Source: Hormoscilla sp. (GTDB lineage Bacteria; Cyanobacteriota; Cyanobacteriia; Cyanobacteriales; Desertifilaceae). From it: DNA of 28,835 nt. The first letter of the stretch is position 1. Each line of letters starts with the position of its first letter. A program made the translations under genes and the position numbers. The notes under the pieces were generated by a model. It saw only the letters and a list, made by a program, of their open reading frames with translations. It did not search any database and had not been told where the DNA came from. The stretch covers positions 1-28,835 of the forward strand of contig JBFRWI010000084.1 in the NCBI GenBank assembly GCA_051439505.1, in the 5' to 3' direction. Below are positions 26,394 through 28,835 of this stretch, one piece after another.

Positions 26394-26469
26394 TACCTGA
26401 GAATGCTGCTGCAACTATTTCTTGAAAATTACTGATTCAAAATTATTTCTTACAAATTACAATGTTTTT

Positions 26470-26519
26470 AGTGGGTTTTAACCCACTTTAGCTATTAGCC
26501 GTGGGTTTGAACCCACGGC
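26470..26519. repeat. Double-hairpin dispersed repeat
   Basis: AGTGGGTT-TT-AACCCACT, spacer TTAGCTATTA, GCCGTGGGTT-TG-AACCCACGGC. Confidence 0.75.
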
Positions 26520-26549
26520 GGGCCAGGAGACTACGAATGATAATCTCCT

Positions 26550-27242
26550 TTAAGCCATTTCGGGCACTAGCAATGCGGCACGTTCTTGTTCTACAGCAGC
26601 ACGCCTTGCTTCCACTCGTGCTTTCACTCTAGCAGACCTCGGAGTTAAATAGCCCAGATACAGCATCTGACGCAGATCTCTCATCCGAGGTTTTGTCTTG
26701 GTTCCCACTAGATAATCTGCTAGGGGAAAGGCGACATTATAATTTTTGTTGGTAAACTGATGGTGCATGTAATGGTGCCGCGCTAACCAACAATAAATCC
26801 CCCACTTAGCGAAAAATAACGGTTTCGGCATGTGCATTTGGGTGTGCAGCAGGTTCCACAACTTACTGTGGATGAAGGTCATGACAATGAACGTTACCCC
26901 TAGCACCGGTGAAATTACAAAGAATAGCACCACTACCGGAGCAAATAATATCAGCGCCAATATTGTCTCTATCGGACGCAGTAAGATATTATCGTGACGT
27001 CCTTCGGTGTCTGGTTCAAAGTCAAACTCCCGATACCAATGTCCGTGATGCCGGATGGCATGTGATTCAAAGACTTCCAGAATGTAAGGGGATATCCGAT
27101 AGAGAACTTTCGCCAGATTTTTGCCGTGCATCAAGTTTTTATGGATCCCTACCTCCGCAAAGGAAATGACAATATAGCTGCCTAGCACACTCAAGGTGAT
27201 TAACAGCAGATAATGAGGCAGTTCGGTCATTATTTCCGTCAT
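26550..27242 (-). CDS. Fatty acid hydroxylase / sterol desaturase superfamily membrane enzyme
   Basis: His boxes HKNLMH, HAIRHH, HTQMH, RHHYMHH, then NYNV...LADYLVGT; TM segments. Confidence 0.8.
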   Translation of the reverse strand: MTEIMTELPHYLLLITLSVLGSYIVISFAEVGIHKNLMHGKNLAKVLYRISPYILEVFESHAIRHHGHWYREFDFEPDTEGRHDNILLRPIETILALILFAPVVVLFFVISPVLGVTFIVMTFIHSKLWNLLHTQMHMPKPLFFAKWGIYCWLARHHYMHHQFTNKNYNVAFPLADYLVGTKTKPRMRDLRQMLYLGYLTPRSARVKARVEARRAAVEQERAALLVPEMA

Positions 27243-27332
27243 TTTTTTCTCACTAATTTTATAAATTTGAAATCAACTCTACTCCCGATGATTCTCTTGC
27301 TCATGCTAGCATGTCTGCTTCTTGATGTCAAC

Positions 27333-27357
27333 ATGCCCCAGGCATTGCCGGGGGCAT
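27333..27357. terminator. GC-rich hairpin downstream of the surface-protein gene
   Basis: ATGCCCC-A-GGCA-T-TGCC-G-GGGGCAT; no clear U-tract. Confidence 0.4.
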
Positions 27358-27393
27358 TCGTTCCCTGCCAGACACAGGGAACGAGGGAACGGA

Positions 27394-28835
27394 CTAGAAG
27401 ACGATAATGTTCGAGGCCGAAAATCCTGTTGGTACTCCTGATAGGGTTGCTATCTGCACTTGGCCGATCGCACCCGTACCATCGGCATCAAAGAACAGAC
27501 TACCATCATTAATGCCATAAATGAACCGTTGGTCGGGAGTAGTAGCAGATGTTCCCAAGGTAAACTGAGTGAAGTCCAGAGTACCTGGAATTAACCCGGC
27601 ACCGAATCCTACAGCAGAAACCCCGATCGCATCTCCGCCAAACTCATCAAAGTCGGCGATCGTATCAACTCCTTCATTGGGACTGTTGAAGATAAACCGA
27701 TCGCTGCCAGCACCGCCAGTCAGGATGTCATTCCCCAAACCTCCCGTGAGACTGTCATTGCCAGCACCAGCAACTAGGTTATCATCCGATGCCATACCAA
27801 CAACATTTTGATTGACAACGGTACTGGCCACAACATTTACAGTCACTGTTGCAGTCTCGTTTGACTTCTGGTCGCTGACCGTATAGCTAAAGCTGTCCGT
27901 GCCAATGAACCCACCTGGGGGAGAATAGACTAGCAAGTCATCTGTCAGATCGAAGGGAGTACCATTTGTCTCGGTGCTGACTACACCGCCATTGAACGTG
28001 AACTGCTCGAAGCCTATAATCGTGAGGGCATCACCCTCGATGTCAACGTCGTTAGCGAGAACTGCGACGGCCACCGAACTGCCAGCGTCAGTAGTGGCGA
28101 AGTCATCTCCAGCAATTATATCACTAGAAACCGGGCCACCCAGATTACCAAAGTTTACACCCGTGCGGTCTTCACCTTGCACGAGAGTAACGGTCACGGG
28201 ATTAGCAGAGGTTAACTGAAAACCTGGTTCTTCGACCTGTCGGACATTATAGGTGTCTGGAAGCAGGTTCGGGAAGAAGTAGCCGCCCGTGGAACTGGTG
28301 AGGGCATCTGGTTCCCCCACATCGAAGCTGCCATTGTTGTTAGTATCCAGGAAGACCGCAACAGTAGCTAGTCCTGATTCGCCTTCATCCTTGATGCCGT
28401 TAGCATTGCCATCGGCGAATGTTTCCCCACTGATGCTACCATTCCGGGCCACTGTTGTCACGCTGACTGTCGCTGTATCCGTACCACCCTGCCCATCACT
28501 AATGGTGTAGTTGAAGCTTTCCGTGCCGATAAACCCAAACTGGGACTGGTATACTAGGCTATTGCCCGAGATGCTGAGAGTCCCTCCACTTACTGTACTG
28601 GTGGTAAAACCTGTAATTGATAGCAGGTTTCCTTCTGGGTCAAAGTCGTTATCCAAGACAGAGATGCTGACTGCTGTCCCTTCTGTGGTTTCGGCAAAGT
28701 CATCGATCGCGATCGGGGGTTGGTTCGTTGTCCCCGTGACATCCACCGTCACAAACGCCGATGCCGTTAAACCCTGAGAGTCTGCTACCGTATAGCTGAA
28801 GCTATCTGTGCCCGTGAACCCAAACCCTGGGGTAT
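27394..28835 (-). CDS. C-terminal part of a large Ca-binding surface protein (cadherin/Ig-like repeats, SdrD-B-like domain, RTX repeats); 5' end outside window
   Basis: Frame open to the window edge (TPGFGFTGTDSFSYTVADSQG...); PIAIDD...VLDNDFDPEG...FNYTISDGQGG; VFLDTNNNG; GAGNDSLTGGLGNDILTGGAGSDRF; LFFDADGTG. Confidence 0.92.
   Translation of the reverse strand, partial: TPGFGFTGTDSFSYTVADSQGLTASAFVTVDVTGTTNQPPIAIDDFAETTEGTAVSISVLDNDFDPEGNLLSITGFTTSTVSGGTLSISGNSLVYQSQFGFIGTESFNYTISDGQGGTDTATVSVTTVARNGSISGETFADGNANGIKDEGESGLATVAVFLDTNNNGSFDVGEPDALTSSTGGYFFPNLLPDTYNVRQVEEPGFQLTSANPVTVTLVQGEDRTGVNFGNLGGPVSSDIIAGDDFATTDAGSSVAVAVLANDVDIEGDALTIIGFEQFTFNGGVVSTETNGTPFDLTDDLLVYSPPGGFIGTDSFSYTVSDQKSNETATVTVNVVASTVVNQNVVGMASDDNLVAGAGNDSLTGGLGNDILTGGAGSDRFIFNSPNEGVDTIADFDEFGGDAIGVSAVGFGAGLIPGTLDFTQFTLGTSATTPDQRFIYGINDGSLFFDADGTGAIGQVQIATLSGVPTGFSASNIIVF

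Overview
Chromosomal window from a cyanobacterium, probably a filamentous Oscillatoriales-type strain; HIP1 octamers (GCGATCGC), heptamer tandem repeats and REP-like palindromes are abundant. Housekeeping and signalling genes: an atypical histidine kinase, sbcD, cobA-hemD, a CHASE3 chemoreceptor, coaE, a GalU-like nucleotidyltransferase, a GHMP kinase, a pentapeptide-repeat protein, a fatty-acid-hydroxylase-family protein and the 3' end of an Ig/RTX surface protein. Most notable: (i) a tightly packed five-gene, all-exported operon (FAS1-X-COP23 protein, two trypsin-like proteases, an SLH porin and a small secreted protein ending in two GIFRSLP copies) divergent from a membrane Ser/Thr kinase with C-terminal TPRs, a candidate envelope peptide-processing/sensing system; (ii) a MITE family (TIR GGGTGTGGTCA, 8-bp TSD) whose three copies carry two unrelated palindromic cargos, two of them disrupting one gene; (iii) a tandem, acidic IF7/GifA-like microprotein behind a perfect NtcA box; (iv) REP elements absorbed in frame into N-termini of secreted proteins; (v) a sulfotransferase-chrA block bracketed by two copies of a UPF0175 antitoxin sequence. 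Family assignments come from motif recognition by eye; no searches were run.
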